A model generated the notes under the pieces. The model was given only the letters and a program-made list of their open reading frames with translations. It was not told where the DNA came from and searched no databases. The position numbers were made by a program, and so were the translations under genes. Below are positions 9,232 through 19,028 of a DNA stretch of 64,000 nt, in pieces. The stretch's first letter is position 1, and each line of letters begins with the position of its first letter. The DNA is from Dehalococcoidia bacterium (GTDB lineage: Bacteria; Chloroflexota; Dehalococcoidia; Lucifugimonadales; UBA3495), in contig CBDESR010000005.1 in NCBI GenBank assembly GCA_965242615.1, positions 1,300,768-1,364,767 of the forward strand. Direction: 5' to 3'.

Positions 9232-9458
9232 TTCAGGGCGTCCCAGTCCTCCAACGGCACGGCCGGGTCGAAAGGCCGCTCGTACTTGTAGGGCAAGCCG
9301 CGCAAGGGGTAGCGTTCCGCTTCGGACTGCTCTGCCGCCGGCGGAGGCGGCAAGGGCTTCACTACCACTTCCACTTGCTCCCCCGCCGCAAAGGGCAGTC
9401 CGTCAATTTGGATGATGCCGCCGTCAGTTACTGCGGTCCGGGTAGTGAATGTAACCAT
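9228..9458 (-). CDS. Putative VapB-type antitoxin
   Basis: 76-aa ORF with a 4-nt overlap on the vapC start; small beta-rich N-terminus (GGIIQIDGLPFAAGEQVEVVV). Confidence 0.6.
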   Translation of the reverse strand: MVTFTTRTAVTDGGIIQIDGLPFAAGEQVEVVVKPLPPPPAAEQSEAERYPLRGLPYKYERPFDPAVPLEDWDALK

Positions 9459-9585
9459 TGGAATTAGCCCTCTCTTGCCGGGTTTTCGTCATTATACACT
9501 ATAACCGCAACCGCCCCTTGTTAGCAATGGCGCGGCCAGTTATAATGGCGGAGAGCCGGCAACGAAATCACAAGGGGGAAAATTA

Positions 9586-9933
9586 GTGGCAACTATCTTT
9601 GACACCCACCGGGCTGTCCGGAATCTGCAAGCGGCCGGGATCGACGAATCCCAAGCCGAGGCTATGGTCGAAATGGTGTGCGATGCTCTCGGAGAAGGCG
9701 TAGCCACCAAGTCGGACATCGACCGGTTGGAACAAAGCACTAAAGCCGACACCGACCGGTTGGAACAGAGCACCAAAGCCGATACCGACCGGTTGGAACA
9801 GAAAGTTGACGCGCTGGAGAAAAACCTTATCCAGCGCATTGACACAGCGGAGATGAGGGCTACGCTGCGTTTCACCGTCATCTACCTCGCCGGCTTAGGG
9901 TTATTGTTCGCCGCCTTGCGTTTCCTCTCCTGA
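9586..9933 (+). CDS. DUF1640-like coiled-coil protein with C-terminal TM anchor
   Basis: GTG start after a GGGGGA RBS; FDTHRAVRNLQAAGIDESQAEAMVE N-terminus; hydrophobic tail VIYLAGLGLLFAALRFL. Confidence 0.6.
   Translation: MATIFDTHRAVRNLQAAGIDESQAEAMVEMVCDALGEGVATKSDIDRLEQSTKADTDRLEQSTKADTDRLEQKVDALEKNLIQRIDTAEMRATLRFTVIYLAGLGLLFAALRFLS
9715..9802 (+). repeat. 33-bp in-frame tandem repeat (about 2.6 copies, DxDRLEQSTKA)
   Basis: Units at 9715-9747, 9748-9780 and a partial third; near-identical DNA. Confidence 0.8.
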
Positions 9934-9953
9934 AAGCAGAGGAGTGCCGGCTC

Positions 9954-12173
9954 CTATTCCCCCCGCCCCTTTTGCCGCCGCCAAATGCGCGCCAACCGCA
10001 GCTCGTCATAAGTAAATTGGCCGGCCAGGTATTCCCACGCCGGGTTAAGGAAATCGTCGCCGCAGGCGTCAAAGGCGGCGTTGATTTGGTCGAACCGTTC
10101 CGCAGCCGGCAGCAAGTGGGCTAAATCCAGAGTTTCCCCCTGCATCGTCAGCCGCTCCAGATGCCCCAAGATAGTCTGCTCCGCCAAGTTGCGCCGGCGG
10201 GCGATTTCGGATAGGGAAAGTTTTTGTTCCAGCAGAGCGCGGGTGGCGGCGTAGGTATTGCTTCGCCGGGGTTCCAAGGTCGGTTGCCGGCCTTCCCGTT
10301 CCCGGCCGCTGCGATTCGCCGCCGCCGCCAGCGGCCGCGCCGCCGTGCGGTCGGCAATGCCCCGGGCCGCCGCATACTGGCGGATGGCGGCCACAAAGCG
10401 CGGGCCGTACTGCTCCAACTTGGCCGCCCCTACGCCGGGGATTTGGGCAAAGCTGTCCAGACTTTGCGGAAAGAGGGCCGCCATCTGGCGCAGGGATACA
10501 TCGCCGAAAACCACATACGCCGGCACATCCTGCTCCTCCGCCAACTGACGGCGCAGGTTCCGCAGTTCCGCAAACAGAGCCGTATCATATTCCGCGGCGG
10601 CCGCCGCCTTGCCGGCCAATGGCGCAGTAGCGGCTTCCGTCTCCGGCCGGGGACGGGGCAGCGTCAGCTTTTGCCGTTCCTGGAGAAACCGCCGCCCCTT
10701 ATCGGTTACGCCCAGAGTAGGAAACTCCCCTTCATTGCGCGCCAGCAAACCCCGGGCCTGCAACTGTCCCATCAATTCCCGCAGTTCCGACCGTCCGAAA
10801 TCCCGGACGACGCCGTACACGCTCAACTGGTTATGCCCCAACTCCAGAACCCGCTTTTCCTGGCTGCCGGTCAGCACTTGGGCAATGTGCAATGCACCAA
10901 AACGCTGGCCGGTGCGGATGACGGCGGAGAGTATCTTTTGGGCTATTTCGGTAGCGTCAAACTCCTCGGACGCGGCCAGGCAGACATCGCAGCCGCCGCA
11001 GTTGTCCGTCGTCCAGTGTTCCCCGAAATACTCCAAAATGTAGCGGCGGCGGCAAGCCGGCAACTCGGCAAACTGCACCATCTGCGCCAGTTTCAACCGG
11101 GCGTTGCGCTGCTCGGCGGTATCCTCCATCTGGTTGATGAAATAGTCCTGCTTGGCTTTGTCGGCGTAGTTGTAGAACAGGACGCACTGGCTGGGCAAGC
11201 CATCCCGCCCGGCCCGGCCGGTTTCCTGATAGTAGCCTTCCAGCGACTTGGGCAGGCTGTAGTGAACCACCAGGCGAATATCCGGCTTGTCAATGCCCAT
11301 CCCGAAAGCAATCGTAGCAACGATAATCGGTACCCGGTCGCGGATAAAATCCTCTTGATTTTGCCGGCGGGAATCAGCGTTTAGTCCGGCGTGGTAAGGG
11401 CGGGCCGACAAGCCCCGGGCGTTCAAGTCATCAGCCAGTTCCTCGGTGTCCCGCCGGGAAAAGCAGTAAATGATAGTTGACTGCTGTCGCTGTTCCTGCA
11501 ACAGGGTGAGCAGCGCGCCCCAGGAGTTGCCTTTGGGCATTACGGCGTAGCTGAGATTGTCCCGGTTAAAGCTGGACAGGAAAACCCGCCCCGGCTGCAA
11601 ATCCAGTTGGCTGCTGATGTCGGCCCGCACCCGTTCCGTAGCGGTGGCGGTGAGGGCAATGACCGGCGTTTGGGGAAAGTCCCGCCGCAAGGCCCGCAGA
11701 TTGCGGTAATCCGGGCGAAACTCATGCCCCCATTCGGAAATGCAGTGGGCTTCGTCAATGGCAATGAGGCTCAACTCCAGATGTTCCAGAAAGTTGCGGA
11801 AACCGGGCAAAGCCAAGCGTTCCGGGGCCACATAGAGGATTTTGACTTCGCCCCGGGCCGTGGCGGCCTGCACCTGGTCAACTTCCGAAATGGGCAAAGA
11901 GCTGTTGATAAACCGGGCGGCGATGCCGTTGGCGTTCAGGGCATCCACCTGGTCTTTCATCAGGGCAATCAAGGGGGAAACCACCAGGGTAATGCCGGGG
12001 AAAAGCAGGGCCGGCAGCTGATAGCACAGGGATTTGCCGCCGCCGGTCGGCATCAACACCAGGCTATCCCCGCCCGCCAGGGTATGGCCGATAATCTCCT
12101 CCTGCAAGGGCCGGAAAGCGGCATACCCGAAATGGGATTTAAGCAGGTCGAGGGGGGCGGGGACGGCGTTCAT
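9954..12173 (-). CDS. recQ: ATP-dependent DNA helicase RecQ with C-terminal HRDC/HTH extension
   Basis: FGYAAFRPLQEEII, MPTGGGKSLCYQLPA, DEAHCISEWGHEFRPDY, Zn-binding CRRR...CGGCDVC; 739 aa. Confidence 0.95.
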   Translation of the reverse strand: MNAVPAPLDLLKSHFGYAAFRPLQEEIIGHTLAGGDSLVLMPTGGGKSLCYQLPALLFPGITLVVSPLIALMKDQVDALNANGIAARFINSSLPISEVDQVQAATARGEVKILYVAPERLALPGFRNFLEHLELSLIAIDEAHCISEWGHEFRPDYRNLRALRRDFPQTPVIALTATATERVRADISSQLDLQPGRVFLSSFNRDNLSYAVMPKGNSWGALLTLLQEQRQQSTIIYCFSRRDTEELADDLNARGLSARPYHAGLNADSRRQNQEDFIRDRVPIIVATIAFGMGIDKPDIRLVVHYSLPKSLEGYYQETGRAGRDGLPSQCVLFYNYADKAKQDYFINQMEDTAEQRNARLKLAQMVQFAELPACRRRYILEYFGEHWTTDNCGGCDVCLAASEEFDATEIAQKILSAVIRTGQRFGALHIAQVLTGSQEKRVLELGHNQLSVYGVVRDFGRSELRELMGQLQARGLLARNEGEFPTLGVTDKGRRFLQERQKLTLPRPRPETEAATAPLAGKAAAAAEYDTALFAELRNLRRQLAEEQDVPAYVVFGDVSLRQMAALFPQSLDSFAQIPGVGAAKLEQYGPRFVAAIRQYAAARGIADRTAARPLAAAANRSGREREGRQPTLEPRRSNTYAATRALLEQKLSLSEIARRRNLAEQTILGHLERLTMQGETLDLAHLLPAAERFDQINAAFDACGDDFLNPAWEYLAGQFTYDELRLARIWRRQKGRGE

Positions 12174-12221
12174 ACGGGGCGGAACCTTTGGGAAAGGTTA
12201 GGTTTGGCGGGTAGTTTGGGA

Positions 12222-13922
12222 TTATATACCAACTAAACGCCGGTTATCTTGCTTTTCCGGCAATTGCCCTATAGGTTCACAGCTCAGCTCGAACATTTCC
12301 CCCAACCGCCGGATTTCCGGGTCGTCCCAAGCCCATACCTTGCCGGCTTGCCCCTGGGCAATCAGATCCTTGACTTGGGCGATAATCCGGGCGCGGTTAG
12401 CGGCGCTGACCCACCAGGGATAAGGCATCCGCTCCAAGTCTTTGCTCTGGATATTCTGCGTGTGGTTGATAACCGTTTTCAGGATGCGGTTAGCCAGGGG
12501 CGACAAGAGCCAGCCCAAGGTGAAAAAAAGCTCCTCCCGGTCAATCCCTTCCCGCAGGAAAGCGCAGGGGGCGCCGCTGTCCAGCGCATAGCCCTCCGGG
12601 ATGTAGCGGGCAATGAACCGGGATGCGACCAGATGCCAGGTCAGCCCCTCTTTGCCAAAATAAGGCTGTCCGCCAACGCCGCGCAGGTACCAATTCCCGG
12701 TTTTCTTGTAGGTAAGCACCGCATCGCCGTCATTTTCCCAAAATATGTAATGGGTGGGCGGCGAGAATATCAGACGACTGTTCCCGATATTGTAAGGACG
12801 ATAGCGGGCATTGGGCAGGGGGATGACCAGGGGATTTTCCCGGGGCAATACCCGGACCCGCCGCTCGGTAGCGCCGCGGGCTTCGGCGTCTTTCAGCATA
12901 GCGCGGCGTTTCGGCGACAGCTTGCCCAGCCGGGCCCGTTCCAGTTCGTAATCCAGCGTAACCGGGGCTTCATAGAACTCGAAGCGATAGGGTTCGACTA
13001 TTCTCTGCTGTTCGTCAACGCGGCGGACAAAGAGCCGGTTTTTGCCGGTGGTCATACCACTGGACGCGACAAAATAATCGCCCAGCAGGGGGCCGGAGAA
13101 AAACCTTGCCAATTCCTCGGTAATTCCCCAAGACAAGTGGGGCGTGGATTTGATGATTTGCTTGGCCAGGGGGCGGGCGTTGTGTACCACGACGCCCCGG
13201 TTGACGCCCTTTTGGAAGTTCAGGGTCAGCGTGGGGTAATCGGTTTCCGCCGAGAACTGCTGAATATCGGTCAAGGTTACTGCGCCCTGCTCCATAATCA
13301 GCTGCCGCAAGCCGGCCATGGTCGGTATCGTCAGCAGGGTATTGCTGCATACGAATAGCAACCGCCCGCCGGGACGGAGCAAATCCAGGGCGGCCACGAT
13401 AAAAAAGGCGTAGGTTTCCTTCTTGATTTTCCGCCCCAGCCGCTTGCCCAGGATACGGTCCAGGGTGTCCTCAATAGCCGGGTCAAAAGTGCCGCCGAAA
13501 GGGGGATTGCCGATTATCAGGTCAAAACCTTCGGCTTGCAGGCCGGACTGGTCGGCGGGGGACATCCCGTTGACGATGCCCGACAGATACTCCCGGAAAA
13601 AATCGGCTTGGCGGACTTCTCCGCGCCAAGCGCACGGGAACTGCCGGGATTTTCCGGCCAGGATACGGTCAGACCTTGCCGCCAGTTCCGGGTCAATTTC
13701 AATGCCCAGCAACTCGACGCCCCGGCCGCTTTGGGCTGTCTCCGACGCGGTAAGACGGTCGGCAATAGCGGAAAGAAAGGCTCCGTCGCCGCAGGAAGGC
13801 TCCAGAATCCGCCGGCAACCCTCCAAGGGAACGCCAGCCACTATATCCCGCGCCAACCACTGCGGGGTCATATACTGCCCGGTCTGCCGCTTCATCGCCC
13901 GGTGGCGTTTGCTTTGGCTCAT
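12222..13922 (-). CDS. Gamma-class N6-adenine DNA methyltransferase (Eco57I/TaqI-like, stand-alone)
   Basis: YMTPQWLARDIV (motif X), ILEPSCGDGAFL (motif I), LIIGNPPFGG (motif IV), C-terminal TRD-like region. Confidence 0.85.
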   Translation of the reverse strand: MSQSKRHRAMKRQTGQYMTPQWLARDIVAGVPLEGCRRILEPSCGDGAFLSAIADRLTASETAQSGRGVELLGIEIDPELAARSDRILAGKSRQFPCAWRGEVRQADFFREYLSGIVNGMSPADQSGLQAEGFDLIIGNPPFGGTFDPAIEDTLDRILGKRLGRKIKKETYAFFIVAALDLLRPGGRLLFVCSNTLLTIPTMAGLRQLIMEQGAVTLTDIQQFSAETDYPTLTLNFQKGVNRGVVVHNARPLAKQIIKSTPHLSWGITEELARFFSGPLLGDYFVASSGMTTGKNRLFVRRVDEQQRIVEPYRFEFYEAPVTLDYELERARLGKLSPKRRAMLKDAEARGATERRVRVLPRENPLVIPLPNARYRPYNIGNSRLIFSPPTHYIFWENDGDAVLTYKKTGNWYLRGVGGQPYFGKEGLTWHLVASRFIARYIPEGYALDSGAPCAFLREGIDREELFFTLGWLLSPLANRILKTVINHTQNIQSKDLERMPYPWWVSAANRARIIAQVKDLIAQGQAGKVWAWDDPEIRRLGEMFELSCEPIGQLPEKQDNRRLVGI

Positions 13923-14029
13923 GGCACGAATCGCATACTGGACTGGTTCACCGCAAAGTCGGCACGCAAAAACGCGGTGAGTTGTTGTCTTTGGTTATGG
14001 AGCCGCGGGGGCGGGGGGTGTAGGGGGGA

Positions 14030-16102
14030 TTATTTTGCCAGACTGGAGGACTTGGAGCCGGCTACTGTCGGCTCCATACACCACTGATTCCGCAGGATTG
14101 CCAACTGCTCTACTGCAACTTTATCCAGCCGAAGCACCTCTACCAGCAGCCGGCGGTCCAGTTCCTGCCGTACCGGGTCATGATAGGCTTCATTAGCCGG
14201 CAGCATTCGCTCTTGACACAGTTCGTCGTAGATTTGCACCGCGGCCTCCATTTGCTCCTGCGTCAACCGCCGCAAGTCCAGCGTAGGAATGTTTGGAATG
14301 GCCGTAGCGGAAATGCTACCCCGCCCACCGGTAATCCGATTGCTCTCCAGCCAATAGCTGATTAGTCCCAGAGTGCCATTCAGCCAGGCACAAGTAGCTT
14401 TTTCCCGGGCAACCGTACTCATTCTCAGGTTGGGCCAAGCCCGCCCGCCGGCAGTTACCCGGCTAGTAAAAGCGGCGGCAATGGGATTGGAGTTAAAGCG
14501 AAAGTCCACATTGATATGGAGATGGCTGGCTTGCGCCCAAACGTTTCTGGCTTCCGACTCCGACGCATCGTCCTTTATGGTACCGGTGCTGTCCGGGGCT
14601 GTTTCCATACAGAACTGAACATCACTGTCCTTATTCCACAGCATCGGCCATTCAGCTCCAGAGCTAGCCCCCGCTTTGACCTGGAAAGGCCCCCGCTCCT
14701 CGATGTCCCGGGCTATCGGCCCGACAATGCCGATCGCTCCGGCCGGCGCAATGGGGATACGAACCGGCGCATAGTGTTGGGGCAGGCGCAGGATTCCCCG
14801 GGATAACTCCTCTACCGTCCGCACCAACCCCAAGTCAACTACACGGACAGACCCCCACCGGCCTAAAGGATGCACTCCCGTCAAGCGCACACTACCGACG
14901 ATGTTATCGCCGACTTTGAGGTCAGAGTGGTTGTTCAATTCCCTCAAACCGGAGATGGCTTGCCGGATAGCTTTGGCGGTCTCTTGGGCTTCCAGCTTGT
15001 TGGCGGGGCGTTCTTTCAGGTTGACGAAATGCGCCTGCCGCCTCGGCGACTCCCCGCGCCCCAAACGACGGGCGATGAGAATAACTTCGCCGATTTCAGT
15101 ATCGGCGGAAAAAGCCGCCTCCCGGTTTTCCGCTTGGGCAATGCTGATAACTACGATGTCATTGTAGCTTTCGCTGACCAAGCGGCGCAGCTTCTGCCAA
15201 CTCCAGCTTTGCTCGCCGTCATAACTGCCGCCCTGCATCGACGACATCGGCAATATCAAGGCAATATGGCCATTAGGCTTGACCATATTATGGGCAATAG
15301 CCGTGAAATGAGACCCTAGCCCGGCGTTGCCATCGCCAATCGTCTTTTTACTCAGTTTCTTGGTGCGGACGCTCATCGCCTTCTGCACTGCCGGCGTAGT
15401 CTGGAAAGCGGCGAAAGGCAGATTGACGGTGCTTTTCTCGTTATTCTTTCGTTTAGTGGGCGACGTAAAGGGCGGGTTCATAATTACCAAGTCTTGGCTC
15501 AAGGGAGACATATCCACTTCAATGGGCTTTTGTTCCCCGGCTGCCCCCATTGCCATTTGCTGAGACAACGGCAAGATTGCCTGCTTACGGGCGTTTTTCA
15601 AGTCCAGCAGTTCCAAGGAACCGATGGACACTACCGGCTTGCCCTTTTTGTCCTTTGACCCGGTATCGCCATAGTCGTACAATACGCTGCGGGTCTTTTC
15701 GTAATGCTCCCGGGGAGCAACCGAGGAAAGCAAGGACGCGGTCAGATGGACACCGGCCGGCATAATATCGCAGGCGGTCAAGCAGTTCTCCATCATATAG
15801 GAATGAACGGAATCGGGGTTGCCACCGTGGTTGCGATGCAGTTCCCGCGCCCGTTGGTAGGCGGCCAGAGGCAACCCGCCGGTGCCGCAGGCATAGTCGG
15901 CGATGTGGTAATTTTTCAAGGTTTCCGGATTGGCCCAATCCAGGCTTTCCGGTACCGCCAGATACGCCGCTAAAGTGGTCGACTCCGGCCGGGTGTAGTA
16001 AGTAGCCAGGGTTCTCCGGTCGGAAATGAGTTTCTGAAATACGGTGCCGGCCACGTCGTTGGTACGAATGGCTATCTGTATCTGGTTGGCCGTTCGGTTC
16101 AT
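14030..16102 (-). CDS. N6-adenine DNA methyltransferase-like protein with large C-terminal TRD
   Basis: ORF track gives 14030..16210. I prefer the internal ATG 16102..16100 (MNRTANQ), which forms an ATGA start/stop overlap with the upstream gene. Motifs YYTRPEST, ADYACGTGG, VIMNPPF. Confidence 0.75.
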   Translation of the reverse strand: MNRTANQIQIAIRTNDVAGTVFQKLISDRRTLATYYTRPESTTLAAYLAVPESLDWANPETLKNYHIADYACGTGGLPLAAYQRARELHRNHGGNPDSVHSYMMENCLTACDIMPAGVHLTASLLSSVAPREHYEKTRSVLYDYGDTGSKDKKGKPVVSIGSLELLDLKNARKQAILPLSQQMAMGAAGEQKPIEVDMSPLSQDLVIMNPPFTSPTKRKNNEKSTVNLPFAAFQTTPAVQKAMSVRTKKLSKKTIGDGNAGLGSHFTAIAHNMVKPNGHIALILPMSSMQGGSYDGEQSWSWQKLRRLVSESYNDIVVISIAQAENREAAFSADTEIGEVILIARRLGRGESPRRQAHFVNLKERPANKLEAQETAKAIRQAISGLRELNNHSDLKVGDNIVGSVRLTGVHPLGRWGSVRVVDLGLVRTVEELSRGILRLPQHYAPVRIPIAPAGAIGIVGPIARDIEERGPFQVKAGASSGAEWPMLWNKDSDVQFCMETAPDSTGTIKDDASESEARNVWAQASHLHINVDFRFNSNPIAAAFTSRVTAGGRAWPNLRMSTVAREKATCAWLNGTLGLISYWLESNRITGGRGSISATAIPNIPTLDLRRLTQEQMEAAVQIYDELCQERMLPANEAYHDPVRQELDRRLLVEVLRLDKVAVEQLAILRNQWCMEPTVAGSKSSSLAK

Positions 16103-17031
16103 CCGCTCCAGGATCGGCTCGGCTCGGCCTGAAAAGGCGTAACCTCTAACAGCAGTTCTTTTGCGATATGAAAGATGGGCCAATAGTTGATGGACAGGAT
16201 ATACTCCCACTGCTCAATCACGGCGTCTTGGGTCAGCCCAGATTCGGCCCTGACCTGAGCCAGGTTTTTAATGCCCCGGTAGCCGGCCAAGTTCTGCTGG
16301 CAAGCTAGAGCGTTAATCATAATGACCGCCGCCATTTTAGCCGTCTGCTCCCGCTGGGTTTTCTTATCCCAAGCTTCCTGCGCCTTATCTTTCTCGTCGA
16401 TAGGCGGGTAGGGCTGGCGGAGTTTGGCGGCGATTGCGATACATACCTCCGCAGGACAAGCCATCAGCATAGCTGCGGCGTCCTCAGTTCCTTGGCGCAG
16501 AGAAGTAACTGCCCTTTCGATTACATTAGGGGCTTCCGCCGCCGGCTTGATGAAATCTATCAGATGGCGGATGTCGCCGGAAATGAAACCCTGTTGCGGA
16601 AACCGGGTGTAATTGTTCGCAGTGCCTTGATAGGCGGCATAATCCAGATGCTCGCCATCTTTCAGCATTTGCTCGGCGATTGACCCGGTAGCGCACTGGT
16701 GGAGAGATTCAGGTGAACGGATAGCAATAACCGTGCTAACCGTGCCGAATCCTTCGGCAACCGGCGGGTTGAGTTCCCGCCCCAATCGCGTAAGACAGTC
16801 GTCAACGACGGTACGGGCCGGACGGTATTCGTTCTCCAGCACTATCGGTGGACTGTCCGCCCGGGTAATGAGTACGTCCGGCTTGTCTTGGGGGCCGCGC
16901 AATGCCCCCCTAAGCTCCTCCCGCACTCTCCAGCCCAAGCTGCCCGTCAGTTCACCTATGACACTGGCAATGCGCCCGTTCAGCTGCGGCTCTTCCAAGG
17001 CCATAAAGAATCCTCGCAATTTTAGGGGCAT
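16099..17031 (-). CDS. Hypothetical 310-aa partner of the methyltransferase; possible nuclease-like N-terminus
   Basis: Translationally coupled (ATGA) to 14030..16102. The segment DKPDVLITRADSPPIVLENEY resembles a PD...ExE/K arrangement (weak). Confidence 0.5.
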   Translation of the reverse strand: MPLKLRGFFMALEEPQLNGRIASVIGELTGSLGWRVREELRGALRGPQDKPDVLITRADSPPIVLENEYRPARTVVDDCLTRLGRELNPPVAEGFGTVSTVIAIRSPESLHQCATGSIAEQMLKDGEHLDYAAYQGTANNYTRFPQQGFISGDIRHLIDFIKPAAEAPNVIERAVTSLRQGTEDAAAMLMACPAEVCIAIAAKLRQPYPPIDEKDKAQEAWDKKTQREQTAKMAAVIMINALACQQNLAGYRGIKNLAQVRAESGLTQDAVIEQWEYILSINYWPIFHIAKELLLEVTPFQAEPSRSWSG

Positions 17032-17083
17032 TATATACCACTTTGCCCGGCCCGCAACCGCCGGGCGTCACTAACTGCCCGAT

Positions 17084-18331
17084 TCACCCTCCCCCAATCA
17101 ACACCACTTCCCGCTGCACCGGGCTGGTCGCATCAGGGCCGCTGGCTGACATATAGGCGTCAATTTCCGAGCGGACGCCAAAGTCCGGCAGGTAGATGCC
17201 CGGTTCAATGGAAAAGCCGACGCCGGGGATGATGCGGCGGGTGTCATAAGTCTCAAAGCCGTCCAGGTTCACCGCCTCGCCGTGCACTTCGCAGCTGATG
17301 CTGTGGCCCAAGCGATGGGTAAAGTAGTCGCCATAGCCGCGTTCCCCAATGTAGTTGCGGGCCGCCGCATCCGCCTGCCAGCCCGGCACCGCAACGCCGG
17401 CTTGATAGCAGTCTTTCAGGTACTGCAGGGCGGCGTCCCGCGCCCCGGTAACGATGTCAAAAATTTCCTGCTGCCGCTGCGGGACGCTAGCGCCCACATA
17501 CGCCGTCCAGGTAATATCGGCATAGACGCTGTCGCCGCCGCTCTCCTTGGCCCACAGGTCAATCAATACCCAATCGCCGGGTTGAAAGACACTGCTGCCC
17601 GCCGGCTCCGGTTCATAGTGGGGATCGGAGCAGTGGGCGTTGACCGACACTATCGGCCCGTCCGCCGTTTCCAAACTTTCCTCCCGAAAGCGGCGGCGGA
17701 TGAACTCGGCGATTTCGTATTCGGTAGGGCTATCGGGCAGCCGGGCCCCGATGCGGCGGAAAGCCTCATTGACAATCTGCCCCAACTTGGCGGCGGCCCG
17801 TTGGTGGCTGGCCAACTGCTGCGGCGTCCAACGCTGGGTAGCATACTGCATCAAATCCGCCGAGGAGACCACCGCCGGCCCCAAGCTGCGTACCAGTTCC
17901 ACGGTGCCGGCGTCCACCCGGGAAACCCGGGGCATCGCGTTCTGCGGCGAGTATTCCATTGCCACCTGCGGCGCGGCGGCCAGTAGCGGCGTCAGTTGAT
18001 CGAGCAGGCTTTGGCGGCTGCTATAGACCAGCAACTCGAAACCGGGCGCGGCGTCTCCGTCCCCAATGGCAGCATCCCCGGCAATGGCGGCCGATTGAGC
18101 TACGGCGGCAAACTTGCCGGCGTCCACATAATGAGTCAGCAGCCGGGACGGGCCGGCTTGCGGGATGTAGAGAAAGCAGGGGCGGGTTACATGGCCGGAG
18201 GCGGTAATCACCTGCCCAAAGATGGGATTGGACTGGCGGTAGTCGTAAATCAACCAGCCGGGCAGCCCTTCCTGAGCCATAAACTCCCGGGCCGACCGGA
18301 CAATGGATTGAAAGCTGTGGGCTTGGGGCAT
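17084..18331 (-). CDS. M24-family metallopeptidase (Xaa-Pro aminopeptidase-like)
   Basis: DLWAKE..YADITWT, HRLGHSISCEVHGE, FSIEPGIY metal-ligand pattern. Confidence 0.85.
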   Translation of the reverse strand: MPQAHSFQSIVRSAREFMAQEGLPGWLIYDYRQSNPIFGQVITASGHVTRPCFLYIPQAGPSRLLTHYVDAGKFAAVAQSAAIAGDAAIGDGDAAPGFELLVYSSRQSLLDQLTPLLAAAPQVAMEYSPQNAMPRVSRVDAGTVELVRSLGPAVVSSADLMQYATQRWTPQQLASHQRAAAKLGQIVNEAFRRIGARLPDSPTEYEIAEFIRRRFREESLETADGPIVSVNAHCSDPHYEPEPAGSSVFQPGDWVLIDLWAKESGGDSVYADITWTAYVGASVPQRQQEIFDIVTGARDAALQYLKDCYQAGVAVPGWQADAAARNYIGERGYGDYFTHRLGHSISCEVHGEAVNLDGFETYDTRRIIPGVGFSIEPGIYLPDFGVRSEIDAYMSASGPDATSPVQREVVLIGGG

Positions 18332-18350
18332 AAGTTTCTCCCGTCCCGCC

Positions 18351-19028
18351 CTACTCCCGAAACCGAAACTCCCGCAAATCCTCGGGAATAATCAGTTGGG
18401 CGGCGGTCAATTCCTGAATTTCCGCGGGCGTCCAGCCCGGGGCGTATTCCCGCAGCGCAAAGCCCTGCGGCGTTACCGCAAACAAGCCCAGGTCGGTGGC
18501 GACCAGCGTAACCGCGCCGGGCGCGGTAATGGGCAAGGCGCAGCGTTTCAGCAGCCGGGGCTGGCCGTCCCGGGTGCAATGCTCCATCGCGATAAAGACC
18601 CGCTGGGCGCAGGCGGCCAAATCCATTGCGCCGCCGATGCCGCCGCCCTTACGGGTGGGGATGCGCCAGTTGGCAAAGTCGCCGTTTTCCGCTACCTCAT
18701 AAGCCCCCATCACGGTAACATCCACCATCCCCTTGCGAATCAGGGCAAAGGAGTCGGCGTGGTGGACGATAGCCATTCCGGGCATAGCGGTAACATTCTG
18801 GCCGCCGGCGTTGACCAGGTGTTTGTCCTCTTGACCGGACGGGGCCAGCGGCCCGTAGCCGATGACGCCGTTTTCCGAATGAAAGACGAGGCTTTTGCCG
18901 GGGTCAACATAGTTGGAGCAGAGGGTAGGCATCCCTACGCCCAGGTTGACAATCCACTCATCCTGGAACTCCATAGCCAAGCGGTCGCACATAGCCTGGC
19001 GTTGCAGACGGGGCTTATCGGTTGCCAT
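18351..19028 (-). CDS. 3-oxoacid CoA-transferase subunit B
   Basis: ORF 18351..19178; real start ATG 19028 after an AAGGAGGA RBS. FHSENGVIGYGP (catalytic Glu), GGAMDL. Confidence 0.85.
   Translation of the reverse strand: MATDKPRLQRQAMCDRLAMEFQDEWIVNLGVGMPTLCSNYVDPGKSLVFHSENGVIGYGPLAPSGQEDKHLVNAGGQNVTAMPGMAIVHHADSFALIRKGMVDVTVMGAYEVAENGDFANWRIPTRKGGGIGGAMDLAACAQRVFIAMEHCTRDGQPRLLKRCALPITAPGAVTLVATDLGLFAVTPQGFALREYAPGWTPAEIQELTAAQLIIPEDLREFRFRE

Noticed and set aside
10224-11384. Long antisense ORFs inside real genes: 10224..11384 in recQ, 12249..13358, 35314..36513 and 36562..37794 in aconitase, 54317..55501 in the TPR gene, 49665..50561, 51537..52406, 17282..17986, 20253..21167.
   Set aside because: These are shadow ORFs typical of high-GC DNA. 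Their translations are Arg/Gly/Pro-rich and low-complexity, have no motifs, and lie opposite strongly supported genes.
16099-16210. The 112-nt out-of-frame overlap between track ORFs 16099..17031 and 14030..16210 looked like a frameshifted single gene.
   Set aside because: An internal ATG (16102..16100) forms a clean ATGA start/stop overlap with the upstream stop. The first 36 codons of the longer ORF carry no recognisable homology, so two coupled genes is the simpler reading.
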